64,000 nt of DNA from Longimicrobiales bacterium (GCA_965204735.1 OZ242008.1:4032001-4096000), one strand, 5' to 3'; positions 10,006 to 19,736 are shown, numbered from the stretch's first letter. Made by a program: numbers and translations. The notes: a model not told the origin generated them from the letters alone.

Positions 10006-10935
10006 CTACCCTCGCCGCTTGGGCCACGCCAGGGCAAGGGCGGCGGGCGCCCGGGAGCGACCGAAACCACCCGCCAGGGCGACCAACGCCAGAGCGTAGG
10101 GGAGCGCCAGCAGCAGAGGGTAGGGCAGCTCCACGTCCATGGCCTGGAGGGCGAACTGAAGGGCTTCGGCGCATCCGAAGAAGAGGGCTGCCGCCAGAAC
10201 GCCCCTGGGGTCCCACCTGCCCAGCGCCACGATCGCGATCGCGACGAACCCCTTCCCCGCCGACATGCCCTCGCTGAACGTCCCCGTGTGCACCAAGCTC
10301 AAGTGGGCGCCGGCGAGGCCGCCCAGCAACCCGCCGAAGAGGACGGCCATGGTGCGGACCGCCTTCACCGGAACCCCGGCCGCATGGGCGGCGTCCGGTG
10401 CCTCGCCGACGGCCCGAAGCACCAGCCCCCACCGAGTTCGGAAGAGGAACCACCACAGCGCCGGCGCCAGCACATAGACTAGGTAGATGGTTGCGGCCTG
10501 GTCGAAGAGGACGGGCCCCGCAATGGGGATGCGGGACAAGATCGGCGCCTCCCATGCAGGGACCGTCGGCAGCTCCAGGGCCACGCCGGTAGCGCCGAAG
10601 CGGCTCTGGAAGACGGCTCCCGTGAACCCCAGGCTGCCAAGGGCGACGGCGGCGCCGGTGATGATCTGATTGGTGTTCATGAGGACGGCGAAGAGCGCGA
10701 AGACCAGTGCGGCGGCGCACCCGGCCATTGCCCCGCCCGCCAGTCCCCAGTAAGGCCCGGCCGCCAGCGAGCCCAGCGCGGCTCCCAGCGCGCCCCAGAT
10801 CACCGAGCCCTCCATGCCGATGTTGACGACGCCGGCTCGCTCGGAGGCCGTCTCGCCCAGCGCGGCGAGAGCGAGGGGCGCGGCCAAGCCGGTTGCCGCG
10901 GCGAGGACCGACGCGAACGCTGCCGTCTCACCCAT
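10006..10935 (-). CDS. ABC transporter permease (nucleoside/BMP-associated)
   Basis: ERAGVVNIGMEG, LRAVGEAP, GKGFVAIAIV. Confidence 0.92.
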   Translation of the reverse strand: MGETAAFASVLAAATGLAAPLALAALGETASERAGVVNIGMEGSVIWGALGAALGSLAAGPYWGLAGGAMAGCAAALVFALFAVLMNTNQIITGAAVALGSLGFTGAVFQSRFGATGVALELPTVPAWEAPILSRIPIAGPVLFDQAATIYLVYVLAPALWWFLFRTRWGLVLRAVGEAPDAAHAAGVPVKAVRTMAVLFGGLLGGLAGAHLSLVHTGTFSEGMSAGKGFVAIAIVALGRWDPRGVLAAALFFGCAEALQFALQAMDVELPYPLLLALPYALALVALAGGFGRSRAPAALALAWPKRRG

Positions 10936-12031
10936 CGGGCGTCCGTCCCGGTCGTCGCCGCTGGCCCCGTCGACCCTGGCGCGCCCCCGCTGCGCTCAAG
11001 CCCCGGTCCACGGCCAGGAGGGCCAGGATCAGGAGGGCTTCCGTGCCCCGCACCCACGCCTCCGGGACTCCGGCGTCCCGCTGCATGGCGCCGCCCCCGG
11101 CGCTCAGGGCGCCGAAGACGACGGCGGCAAGCACGACGGCGGCGGGGTTGAGTCGGGCCAGCAGCGCCACGGCGATCGCCGTGTAGCCCCAGCCCGGCGA
11201 CAGCCCTTCGTACATCCGGCCCGTCACCCCGGCGACCTGCACCCAACCGGCCAAGCCCGCCAGCGCGCCGGAGACGAGGAACGCCAGCCAGATCGTGGGC
11301 TCGACGGCCATGCGGCCGCTGGCCTCGGCGGCCCGTGGCGCCGCGCCCACGGCTCGAAGCCGAAAGCCGCCCGCCGCGCGGGTCAGGTAGAGCCACGCCG
11401 CCCCCGCCAGTACGACGCCGAGCAGAAAGCCCACGTGGAGGCGGCTGCCGGGAAGGAGCGGCGGCAACGCGGCGGCGGCGGGGATCTCGTCGGTCTGGTT
11501 GAAGACCCGCCGGGCTTCCTGCAGCGGTCCCTGCACCAAGTACTGGGCAAGGAAGAGGGCGACGAAGTTCATGAGGAGCGTGGTGATCACTTCGCCCACG
11601 CCCAGGCGCGTCTTCATTGCCGCCGGAACCGCGGCCCACAGGGCTCCCGCCGTCGCTGCCGCGAGGAGCGCGACGGGAAGCAGCCACAGCCACGATCCTC
11701 CGTCCGCCCCGGGGAACGAGACGGCCACGGCCGCGCCCGCCAGGGCTCCGGCGTGCAGCTGGCCTTCCGCGCCGATGTTCCACACCCCGGCCTTGAACGC
11801 GAGGGCCACGGCCAAGCCCGTCAGGAGCAGAGGCGTGGCCTGCACCAGCGTGAACGACGTGAAGCGGTTCCACGACCCGAACGCGCCCTGCCAGAGCGCG
11901 CGGGAGGCTTCGACCGGCGAGTGCCCGCCAAGCGCCAGAAGGGCGGCGGCCACGACGAGGGTCGCCAAGAGCGCGGCCCCGGCTTGCGCAGCCGGCCGAA
12001 GTGCCGTCCCGACGCCCGCGCCGCCAGTCAC
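10928..12031 (-). CDS. ABC transporter permease (nucleoside/BMP-associated)
   Basis: WNIGAEGQ, EVITTLLMN, GYTAIAVALL; GTG 12031 (or 12040). Confidence 0.92.
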   Translation of the reverse strand: MTGGAGVGTALRPAAQAGAALLATLVVAAALLALGGHSPVEASRALWQGAFGSWNRFTSFTLVQATPLLLTGLAVALAFKAGVWNIGAEGQLHAGALAGAAVAVSFPGADGGSWLWLLPVALLAAATAGALWAAVPAAMKTRLGVGEVITTLLMNFVALFLAQYLVQGPLQEARRVFNQTDEIPAAAALPPLLPGSRLHVGFLLGVVLAGAAWLYLTRAAGGFRLRAVGAAPRAAEASGRMAVEPTIWLAFLVSGALAGLAGWVQVAGVTGRMYEGLSPGWGYTAIAVALLARLNPAAVVLAAVVFGALSAGGGAMQRDAGVPEAWVRGTEALLILALLAVDRGLSAAGARQGRRGQRRRPGRTPDG

Positions 12032-12178
12032 GGCGCGCACCCTGCAAGTGCCTTCGGCGTGCGCGACGCGCCGGAAGTCCCGACCTCCGCGCCGTCAATC
12101 ACGGTGCGCGCACCCGCGCGCGGACGGCAGCCGCCAACCGGCCCCGGCCCCGACCCAGCGTGCCGCCTGCGCCGTCGA

Positions 12179-13720
12179 TCACGGCCCGACCACGCCGACG
12201 GCGCCCAGCATGATTTCGCCGATGGCGGCCGCGGAGCGCCGGTGCGGTGGCACGGGCGCCAACCGGCCTCGGACCATGACCACGATCCGGTCCGCCAACT
12301 CGAGGATCTCGTCCAGGTCCGGGGAGATCAGGACGACGCCCGGCGGCGGCTTCTCCGATGCCTTGGGACCGACGGGCCGCGCAACTCGCCGCAACCGGCT
12401 CCGAACCGCCTGGGACGCCCGGATGTCGAGTCCGCGTGTCGGCGATTCGGCGACCAGCAGGTCTCCCGACCGAAGGAACTCCCGGCCCGCCAGCAACTTC
12501 TGCTGGTTTCCGCCCGAAAGCTCGGCCGCCGGCTTCGACGGCCCCTCCCGGGCCAGCACGTCCATCTCGTCCAGAAGCCGCGCGGTTCGGCCCTCGACGT
12601 TGCGCCACTTGAGCCATGGCCCGGTCCTGCAGGCCGGGTCGTCGTGCACCGCCAGGGCGATGTTCTCGACGAGCGAGAATCCGCCGACAAGCCCCTCCTC
12701 GGTTCGGTCCTGCGGGATCCACCCCACCACGTCCGGCCGGCGGACCCGGCCCGAATCGGGCTTGGCGACCCCCGCCAACACGGCCGCCAGTTCCCGTTGG
12801 CCGTTGCCTTCCACGCCGGCGACCCCGACGATCTCTCCTCGCCGCACCTCGAAGCTGACCTTCCGCAGTCCGCAACGACTCCTGCCGCGAGAGGTCACGT
12901 CCCTCAGGGAAGCCACGACTTGGCTCGCCTCGACGCTGGCGACACCGTTGCGCAGGACGTCCGAGGGTCCGTCCGAGACCCTGCCCGGGCCCAGGGCCGA
13001 TCCCAACATTGCCTGGGCCAGCTCGGCGGCGGAAGTGGCGGACGCGTCCCTCGCGAGCACCCTCTTTCCATTGCGAAGCACGGTCACGCGATCGGCCACC
13101 GCCAGGACCTCGTCCAGCTTGTGGGCCACCAGCACGATCGCCGCGCCAGAGCGAGCCAGCCGCCGCAGCGCCGCGAAGAGCCCCTCCACTTCCTGGGGCG
13201 CCAGCACGGCCGTCGGCTCGTCCAGAAGCAGAACGCGGGCGGCGCCGATCAACGCCTTGAGGATCTCGACCCGCTGGCGCTCGCCGACGCTCATCTCCCG
13301 GCAGGGCATGTCCAGCTCCACCTCCAGCCCCAACTCCCGGGCGCGGGCCTCCACCCGCTCCCGACGCCCGGGCGCCGCCGTGCCCCGCCGAGTCCACCCG
13401 TCCCGATCGAAGAGCGCCACGTTCTCGAAGCCGGTGAAGCGGGGGACCAGCGAAAAGTGCTGATGGACCATGGACACGCCCAAGGACCGAGAGGCTGCGG
13501 CGTTCCCGAAGGCGACCTCCCGTCCGCCGATCTCCATTTCGCCGGCGTCCACCGACAGGAGGCCCGCCACGGCCCGGGCCAGAGTCGTCTTCCCGGCGCC
13601 GTTCTCCCCCAGAAGCCCGTGAACCTCGCCGGGCGCCAAGTCGAAGCGGACTCCATCCAGGGCCACGACCCGGCCGAACCGCTTGGAGACCCCTCGGAGC
13701 CGTGCCGCGGGAACCGTCAT
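12179..13720 (-). CDS. ABC transporter ATP-binding protein (two NBDs, sugar/nucleoside type)
   Basis: GENGAGKTT, LLDEPT, LSGGNQQK, SPTRGLD. Confidence 0.93.
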   Translation of the reverse strand: MTVPAARLRGVSKRFGRVVALDGVRFDLAPGEVHGLLGENGAGKTTLARAVAGLLSVDAGEMEIGGREVAFGNAAASRSLGVSMVHQHFSLVPRFTGFENVALFDRDGWTRRGTAAPGRRERVEARARELGLEVELDMPCREMSVGERQRVEILKALIGAARVLLLDEPTAVLAPQEVEGLFAALRRLARSGAAIVLVAHKLDEVLAVADRVTVLRNGKRVLARDASATSAAELAQAMLGSALGPGRVSDGPSDVLRNGVASVEASQVVASLRDVTSRGRSRCGLRKVSFEVRRGEIVGVAGVEGNGQRELAAVLAGVAKPDSGRVRRPDVVGWIPQDRTEEGLVGGFSLVENIALAVHDDPACRTGPWLKWRNVEGRTARLLDEMDVLAREGPSKPAAELSGGNQQKLLAGREFLRSGDLLVAESPTRGLDIRASQAVRSRLRRVARPVGPKASEKPPPGVVLISPDLDEILELADRIVVMVRGRLAPVPPHRRSAAAIGEIMLGAVGVVGP

Positions 13721-13810
13721 GCGAATGGTCTCGCCGGAGTCGACCGGGCGGCAGGCCTCGATGCGCGACGGCGCGCGGCGCGCCAAGTCATGCGAAGGTC
13801 CCGGCGAGAG

Positions 13811-14869
13811 TCAACCAGGCGGCTGGGCCTCGTCGTCCGTCCCCGCCTCCGTCTCCAGGTAGCGGACTCGAGGAACCTCCAGCCGCCCGTCGGCGATCTC
13901 CCGCCGCGCGGCCCCGATCCGCTCCATCGCAGCGGCAGGTACGACGCCGGGAAGCAACGGATTGGGCACGAAATCCACGGCGCCCGACGCCAAGCCCGAG
14001 TGGAGCGGCCCCGCCAGAGTCCCGTTCCGCCATTGACGCGCCGTCCGAAGAAAGATCGTCGGGATGTCGATCACCGCGCTCCCCACGATCACGTCGGGCG
14101 CCACGCTGTTCTGATCCCGGTTCATGCCGAACGCCCAAGCCTCTCGTCCCTCCGCCCTCGCCTCCCGCACGGCCTGGAAGACGCCGAAGCTGGCGGCGTC
14201 CACGTTGTGGATCAGCACGTCGGCCCCCCGGCGGAGCTGGGCCGCCGCCGCTTCCTTGGCCGCCGACACGTCGTCCCAGCTTCCCGTGAAGGTCTCCAGC
14301 ACCGCGGTTGCGGGCCGCACCGCCTTCACCCCTGCCGAGAAGGCCATGAAGGTCCCCCTCACCGGCGGAATCTCGACTCCGCCCACCATCCCCACCATCC
14401 CCGCCTGCGTGACGCTCCCTGCCGCGATCCCCGCCAGGTAGGCCGCCTCGTTCAGGTGGAAGATCAGCGGCACCACGTTGTCCGAATGCCGGGAGCCCGA
14501 GGACACCACGAAGATCGCATCCGGGTATTGCTGCGCCGCGCGCTCGGCGGCGTCCTGGTACTCGAACCCGTGGCCGAAGATCAGTCCGAAGCCGGACTCC
14601 GCGTAGGAGAGGAACGCTTCGTCGAAGTCGGCGGGCGTCCGGGTCTGCTGGTGAGAGACCCGCACGCCCAGCGAGTCGTCGATCCTTTGGAGCCCTTCGT
14701 AGGCGCCCGCGTGCCACCCCGCGTCGCTGACCGGTCCCGAGGTGAGGAGCGCCACCGCCGACGCGGAACGGACGTCGCCGGAGCCGGCCTTCTCGGCGTC
14801 GCCGCAACCCCCGGTCGCCAAGAGGAGAGCCGAGGACGCGACCCCAAGCCTTCCGATGCCCCGCATCAT
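13811..14869 (-). CDS. BMP-family substrate-binding lipoprotein
   Basis: lipobox-like TGGC, GPVSDAGW, FGHGFEY, YLAGIAA. Confidence 0.92.
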   Translation of the reverse strand: MMRGIGRLGVASSALLLATGGCGDAEKAGSGDVRSASAVALLTSGPVSDAGWHAGAYEGLQRIDDSLGVRVSHQQTRTPADFDEAFLSYAESGFGLIFGHGFEYQDAAERAAQQYPDAIFVVSSGSRHSDNVVPLIFHLNEAAYLAGIAAGSVTQAGMVGMVGGVEIPPVRGTFMAFSAGVKAVRPATAVLETFTGSWDDVSAAKEAAAAQLRRGADVLIHNVDAASFGVFQAVREARAEGREAWAFGMNRDQNSVAPDVIVGSAVIDIPTIFLRTARQWRNGTLAGPLHSGLASGAVDFVPNPLLPGVVPAAAMERIGAARREIADGRLEVPRVRYLETEAGTDDEAQPPG

Positions 14870-14907
14870 CTTGCGCCTCCTGCTGGCCCGACCGGGAATC
14901 CGACAGT

Positions 14908-14916
14908 ATTATACCA
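14908..14916 (-). promoter_or_regulatory. Extended -10 promoter (TGgTATAAT) for the BMP/ABC operon
   Basis: perfect TATAAT with TG extension ~40 nt upstream of the start. Confidence 0.6.
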
Positions 14917-15015
14917 CATCTGGCCGCGCTCTCCCTCGACTGGCAGCGTTCTCGCTCGACACCAAGCCCAGGCCAAGCCCAGCCCGACTCCTTACTCTAC
15001 CGCAAGGACCATTCG

Positions 15016-16434
15016 ATGAACGGAAACGCCGGAACCAACGACTCCCGCGGCCACTGGAGCTCCAACGTCGGCTTCGTGCTGGCGGCCACCGGCAGCGCGA
15101 TCGGGCTGGGCAACCTGTGGAAGTTCCCCTTCATCACTTGGGAGAACGAGGGCGGCGCCTTCGTCCTGGTCTACCTGATCTGCATCGCCGCGGTGGGACT
15201 GCCGATCATGATGGCCGAGCTGCTCATCGGGCGGCGCAGCCAAAGGAGCGCGGTCGGGGCGCTGAAGGAGGCGGCGGGTCCTCTCTGGGGGATCGTCGGG
15301 GGCTGGGGGGTGCTGGCCGCCTTCATCCTCCTCAGCTACTACACCGTCATCGCGGGCTGGTCGCTGTACTACTTCGCGAAGTCGGTCGGCTGGTCGATGG
15401 GGGGGTTCCCGGAGGGCATCAACACGGGCGACGTGTTCGACGCGCAAGTGGGCAACGCCGGCTTGCAGCTGGCCCTCTCCCTGGGGTTCAGCGTGGCCAC
15501 GATCGCGGTGGTGTACTTCGGAGTGCAGCGCGGGATCGAACGGATCGCCCGCATATTCCTGCCGATCCTCTTCGGCATTTTGGTGCTCATGCTGTTCAGT
15601 GCTCTAGGCATGAACGGGTCCGGCGAGGCGCTGGGCTTCATCTTCCGACCCAACTTCGCGGCGCTGGACGGCGGGTCGGTGCTGGAGGCCCTCGGTCACT
15701 CGTTCTTCACGCTGTCGCTGGGGATGGGCGCGATGATCACGTACGGTTCGTACCTCGCCCGGAATCAGTCCGTGGTGAAGGCTTCCGGAATGATCGTGCT
15801 GCTCGACACGCTGATCGCGCTGATCGCAACGGTCATCATGTTCTCGGTGATCTTCTCGGTGGCGGGGATGTCCGAGCAGGTGTCGGGTACCGGCACCGTG
15901 GGAATGCTCTTCATCTCGCTGCCGCAGCTCTTCTTCACGGAAGTGCCGTTCGGCTCGATACTGGGCCCGCTCTTCTATGTTCTCGTGGCGCTGGCCGCAC
16001 TCACCTCCACGATGTCGCTGCTGGAGGTCGTCACCAGCTACATGATCGACGAGCGCGGCATCGCTCGCCACAAAGCCACGGTCGTCTCCGGTACGGCGAT
16101 CTTCGTCTTCACGATCTTTGCGGCGCTGTCGTTCACGGGCACGCGCTGGCTGTCTACCCTTTCCTTCGGGTACCTCGGCGGTGACAAGGAAGGCTGGTTC
16201 AGCAACGCCGACCACTTCGTGTCGAACTGGATGCTGCCGACCGGCGGCTTGCTCATCGCCTTGGCCGCGGGCTGGTTCATGACCCGCAAGGCGACTAAGG
16301 ACGAGCTGGTCGACGGAACCGAACCGCGCTGGTTCCACTACGGCGCTTGGCGCTTCTTCATCCGCTGGGTGGCGCCGGCGGCCGTGCTGGCGATCATCAT
16401 TGCCGTGATCTTCTTCGACCAGGACTTCAGCTAA
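15016..16434 (+). CDS. Sodium-dependent transporter, NSS/SNF family
   Basis: GSAIGLGNLWKFP, GGAFVLVYL, FFTLSLGMG. Confidence 0.95.
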   Translation: MNGNAGTNDSRGHWSSNVGFVLAATGSAIGLGNLWKFPFITWENEGGAFVLVYLICIAAVGLPIMMAELLIGRRSQRSAVGALKEAAGPLWGIVGGWGVLAAFILLSYYTVIAGWSLYYFAKSVGWSMGGFPEGINTGDVFDAQVGNAGLQLALSLGFSVATIAVVYFGVQRGIERIARIFLPILFGILVLMLFSALGMNGSGEALGFIFRPNFAALDGGSVLEALGHSFFTLSLGMGAMITYGSYLARNQSVVKASGMIVLLDTLIALIATVIMFSVIFSVAGMSEQVSGTGTVGMLFISLPQLFFTEVPFGSILGPLFYVLVALAALTSTMSLLEVVTSYMIDERGIARHKATVVSGTAIFVFTIFAALSFTGTRWLSTLSFGYLGGDKEGWFSNADHFVSNWMLPTGGLLIALAAGWFMTRKATKDELVDGTEPRWFHYGAWRFFIRWVAPAAVLAIIIAVIFFDQDFS

Positions 16435-16444
16435 AGCTAGGCGA

Positions 16445-18622
16445 TTGGCGGAGGTGCGCGACGGAGCGGACGACAAGCCAGCCGGCCAAGAGACCAACGG
16501 CGAACTCCGCGCCGGCAGCGGCGCCGGCGTCCTAGCGGCCGTCCGCGTCGAAAAGCGGCCAGAGGCGCTGCGGTTCCCGGGGCGGGTTCTGTACTTGGTC
16601 GACGACGCGCAGCTGTTGCGCCGCCAGCTTCACGACGGCTTGGACCTGACGACCGACGAGGCGCTTCGGGCGGGCCTGCGAGACCAGATCAGCACCGACG
16701 AGATCACGCCCGCGTACATCTGCTTCTTCTTCGACGAGACCCTGGGCGAGTTCCCCTACCTGGGGCTTCAGGCCAAGGGCGCGGACGGACCGGAAGCGCC
16801 GGTGAAGCGCGGCGGCGTGCGCGCCGGAGGCTTCGTCTGCTCCGTGGCAGGGAAGCGGCGGGGGAAGGGGTCGAGCCGAGAGCAGAGCCCCTACGCCGAG
16901 CTGATGGCCGGGATCAAGGTGGTCGTGGGCGAGAGCATCGAGCGGATCTACGGCGAGAACTGCCAGAACCTGGGAATGCTGGTCACCACCGACTTCGGCG
17001 TGGTGGAGCGCATTCGGGCTGGCGAAGCGATCCCGCTCTCGGAGTTCACCAGCGGGGCGGACGAGATCACCCGGCAAGTCGTCGAGCACGGCGGCCTCTT
17101 CGAGTTCAACGTGGCCCGGATGCAGGGCAAGGTGTCGCTGCCGCGGCCCAAGGCGCTGAAGGAGGCAAGGTCGGCGTCCGAACTTCCCGCGACGCCTGGC
17201 GATCCGCCTCCGACGCCGGCCGCGCCCCCGGCGGCGCGCCGTCCCATGACCCTGGGCGAGAAGATCTTCTCTCGGAAGTGGGTTGTGGACGCCTCGGCGG
17301 ATCACGTGGGCGTGCCGTGGGCGGAGCCGGGAGAGGCGGGCTTCTTCCGCGCCGACCTGCGCTTCTCGCACGAATACGTGACGCCGATGGCGGCGATCTT
17401 CTTCGAGAAGGCGCTGGGGGCGGACGCCAAGGTGCACGACGCCGACTCCATCCTCTTCTTCAGGGACCACCTCACCTTCCTCCACAAGGCGATGAGCCAG
17501 GAGCGGATCGAGGAGGGCCTCCTCGACGTGGCCAACCAGCTGGAGATCAAGCAGCGGGAGTTCGCCGAGCGCCAGGGCATACGCCTCTACGGGGAGCAGA
17601 TGGGCCACGCAATGGGCTCGGAGGCGATCTGCCACTCGAAGGTGCTCGAAGAGTACGCCGAGCCGGGGATGCTGGTGATCGGCACCGACTCCCACACGCC
17701 CCACGCCGGAGCGGTGGGCGCGCTGGCGTTCGGCGTGGGCACCACGGCGATCTTCAACTCTTGGATCACCAAGGACGTGCGTGCGCGCATCCCGCCCTCG
17801 TTCAAGGTCGTGGTCGCGGGCGCGCCCCCTCGCAACGTGACCGCCAAGGACTACATGCTGGAGATCCTCCGCCACCCGTACGTGCGCGACGGCGACGCGA
17901 TCGGCCAGATCGTCGAGTACGCGGGGCCGGCCGTGGAGGCCCTCTCGGTGGACGAGCGCGCCACGATGACCAACATGGCGGCCGAGGTCGGCGCCTTCAC
18001 AGGAATCGTGGCCGCCGACGAGCGCACCGTGGAGTTCCTGGTGGAGGAAAGGGGAATGGACCCGGAGCTCGCCCGCGCCTTGGCGGATGGGATGCAGAGC
18101 GACCCGGACGCCGAGTACGTGAAGGTCATCGAGATCGACGCTTCTCAGGTGCGGCCGATGGTGGCGCTTCCCGGCGACCCCGGAAACGGCGTGCGAATCG
18201 ACGAGCTGGCCCGGCCCGTTCCCATCGAGATCGCCTACGCCGGCTCGTGCACCGCCGGGAAGAAGGAGGACATGGACATGTACGCCCGCGTCTTTCGAGA
18301 GGCCCGCGAGCGTCACGGGCGGGGGGTTCATCCCGGGGTGAAGTGCTACATCCAGTGCGGCTCGGTGGAGGTGCGGGAGTACGCCAGGGCCAAGGGCTAC
18401 CTGGACCTCTTTCGCGCGATCGGCGCCGAGTTCGTCGAGCCGGGGTGCGGCGCCTGCATCGCGGCCGGCCCGGGCGTCACGGTCCGCCCCGACCAAGTCT
18501 CGGTGTCGTCCCAGAACCGCAACTTTCCCGGACGCTCCGGCCCCGGCCAGCTGTACTTGGTGTCGCCGTACTCGGTGGCCGCGTCGGCAGTGGCGGGACG
18601 AGTGGCGGGCTGGCAGGGCTGA
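16445..18622 (+). CDS. Aconitase-superfamily hydro-lyase; swivel (LeuD-like) domain fused N-terminal to a LeuC-like domain
   Basis: ISTDEITP, GKGSSREQSP, then DSHT, GSCT, PGCGACI, NRNFPGR. Confidence 0.88.
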   Translation: MAEVRDGADDKPAGQETNGELRAGSGAGVLAAVRVEKRPEALRFPGRVLYLVDDAQLLRRQLHDGLDLTTDEALRAGLRDQISTDEITPAYICFFFDETLGEFPYLGLQAKGADGPEAPVKRGGVRAGGFVCSVAGKRRGKGSSREQSPYAELMAGIKVVVGESIERIYGENCQNLGMLVTTDFGVVERIRAGEAIPLSEFTSGADEITRQVVEHGGLFEFNVARMQGKVSLPRPKALKEARSASELPATPGDPPPTPAAPPAARRPMTLGEKIFSRKWVVDASADHVGVPWAEPGEAGFFRADLRFSHEYVTPMAAIFFEKALGADAKVHDADSILFFRDHLTFLHKAMSQERIEEGLLDVANQLEIKQREFAERQGIRLYGEQMGHAMGSEAICHSKVLEEYAEPGMLVIGTDSHTPHAGAVGALAFGVGTTAIFNSWITKDVRARIPPSFKVVVAGAPPRNVTAKDYMLEILRHPYVRDGDAIGQIVEYAGPAVEALSVDERATMTNMAAEVGAFTGIVAADERTVEFLVEERGMDPELARALADGMQSDPDAEYVKVIEIDASQVRPMVALPGDPGNGVRIDELARPVPIEIAYAGSCTAGKKEDMDMYARVFREARERHGRGVHPGVKCYIQCGSVEVREYARAKGYLDLFRAIGAEFVEPGCGACIAAGPGVTVRPDQVSVSSQNRNFPGRSGPGQLYLVSPYSVAASAVAGRVAGWQG

Positions 18623-18681
18623 AGGCGGGCCCGCCGGGCCGAAGACGAGATGCAAGAGCGCGAAGATCCGGCAAAGTTCTC

Positions 18682-18710
18682 TTGCACGCCCTACTTGCCT
18701 TGGCTATCGT
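18682..18710 (+). promoter_or_regulatory. Sigma70-like promoter TTGCAC-N17-TATCGT
   Basis: 17-nt spacer; -35 overlaps the right arm of inverted repeat TGCAAGAG/CTCTTGCA (18651-18686). Confidence 0.55.
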
Positions 18711-18757
18711 TCGCCGTTCCCACTTCTTCCAACGCTACCTGCATAGGTTGATTTGTC

Positions 18758-19468
18758 ATGGCAATTCACCAAGAGAGCCTGGGTTCCCTGGGCGTCCCTC
18801 CCGCCGACGCCGCCACCCCGGTCGCCGCTCGCTACCTGGAAATGCTCTTCGAAAAGGTGGCGTCTCAGCACGATCCGAACCCGGAGCTGCTGGAACGGAT
18901 CGAGAAGTCGCTGGACGTCGGCTACGGACTGGGCGACGGCCGGGGACTCAAGGCTCGGTACGTCGGCATTCTCATCGACAAGGCGGGTTCGCAGGAGGAA
19001 CCGACCGGCGACCTCCTGGACCGGATCGAGAAGTTTCTGGAGGCGGGCGACCTGGACCGGCAGCCGACGGCGTCGCCGGTCGCGCCGCGCAGACGGCAGA
19101 TACGGCGCAAGCGCCGGAGCAAAGCAGGCGCCGGACACCCGGAGGTCGCCAGCGACGAGTTCAAGGGGATGGGTCCCACCGACGCGTACAGGAAGTTTAT
19201 CCGGACCTACGGCGACAGGTACACGGTACCCCAGATCCGCGACGCGCTCCTCATGGGCGGCGTCAGCTCCGCGACCCGCACGTCTCTTCTCACCGGCCTG
19301 CACTCGGTGCGTCGCCGCGACCGGCTCAAGGCCGAGGCGGAGCAGAAGAAGGCGGACGAGACGGCGGCCCGGAAAGCCAGCGCGCGGGCCGCAGCCGAGC
19401 GCGCCGCGGCGGACATGGAATCCAGCGGGACGCTCATGCGGAGGTCGGTCCCCGGCGCATCCGACTAG
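18758..19468 (+). CDS. Hypothetical protein: duplicated helical N-terminal unit, basic linker, putative winged-helix domain
   Basis: coherent 236-aa ORF with its own promoter; internal repeat visible. Confidence 0.75.
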   Translation: MAIHQESLGSLGVPPADAATPVAARYLEMLFEKVASQHDPNPELLERIEKSLDVGYGLGDGRGLKARYVGILIDKAGSQEEPTGDLLDRIEKFLEAGDLDRQPTASPVAPRRRQIRRKRRSKAGAGHPEVASDEFKGMGPTDAYRKFIRTYGDRYTVPQIRDALLMGGVSSATRTSLLTGLHSVRRRDRLKAEAEQKKADETAARKASARAAAERAAADMESSGTLMRRSVPGASD

Positions 19469-19556
19469 GACCGACTGCGGGGCTGGAGTTCGCCGGGCGG
19501 GCGCGAGGCGTCTCCCTTAGGTCTCCCTGCCTTCCCACCTCCCCACCTTCGGACCA

Positions 19557-19629
19557 TGGTCGCTGCTGGACTCGAACCAGCGACCCCTACGATGTGAGCG
19601 TAGTGCTCTACCGACTGAGCTAAGCGACC
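19557..19629 (-). tRNA. tRNA-Val(CAC), CCA not encoded
   Basis: GGTCGCT acceptor stem, CTACG-CTCACAT-CGTAG anticodon arm, GGTTCGAGTCC T arm. Confidence 0.96.
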
Positions 19630-19663
19630 GTACCACTTCTTTGCACCGCTGGCGCTGTCAAAG

Positions 19664-19736
19664 TACCCCCACGGGGAATCGAACCCCGGTCTCCTGGCTG
19701 AGAACCAGGTATCCTAGGCCACTAGACGATGGGGGC
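19664..19736 (-). tRNA. tRNA-Glu(CTC), CCA not encoded
   Basis: GCCCCCA acceptor stem, CCTGG-TTCTCAG-CCAGG anticodon arm, GGTTCGATTCC T arm. Confidence 0.96.

Noticed and set aside
7023..15019. Very long alternative-frame ORFs (e.g. 10814..15019 +, 7175..9970 +; likewise 43990..47124 + and 52997..56437 +)
   Set aside because: Arg/Gly/Pro-rich shadow frames of real genes in high-GC DNA, with no family motifs
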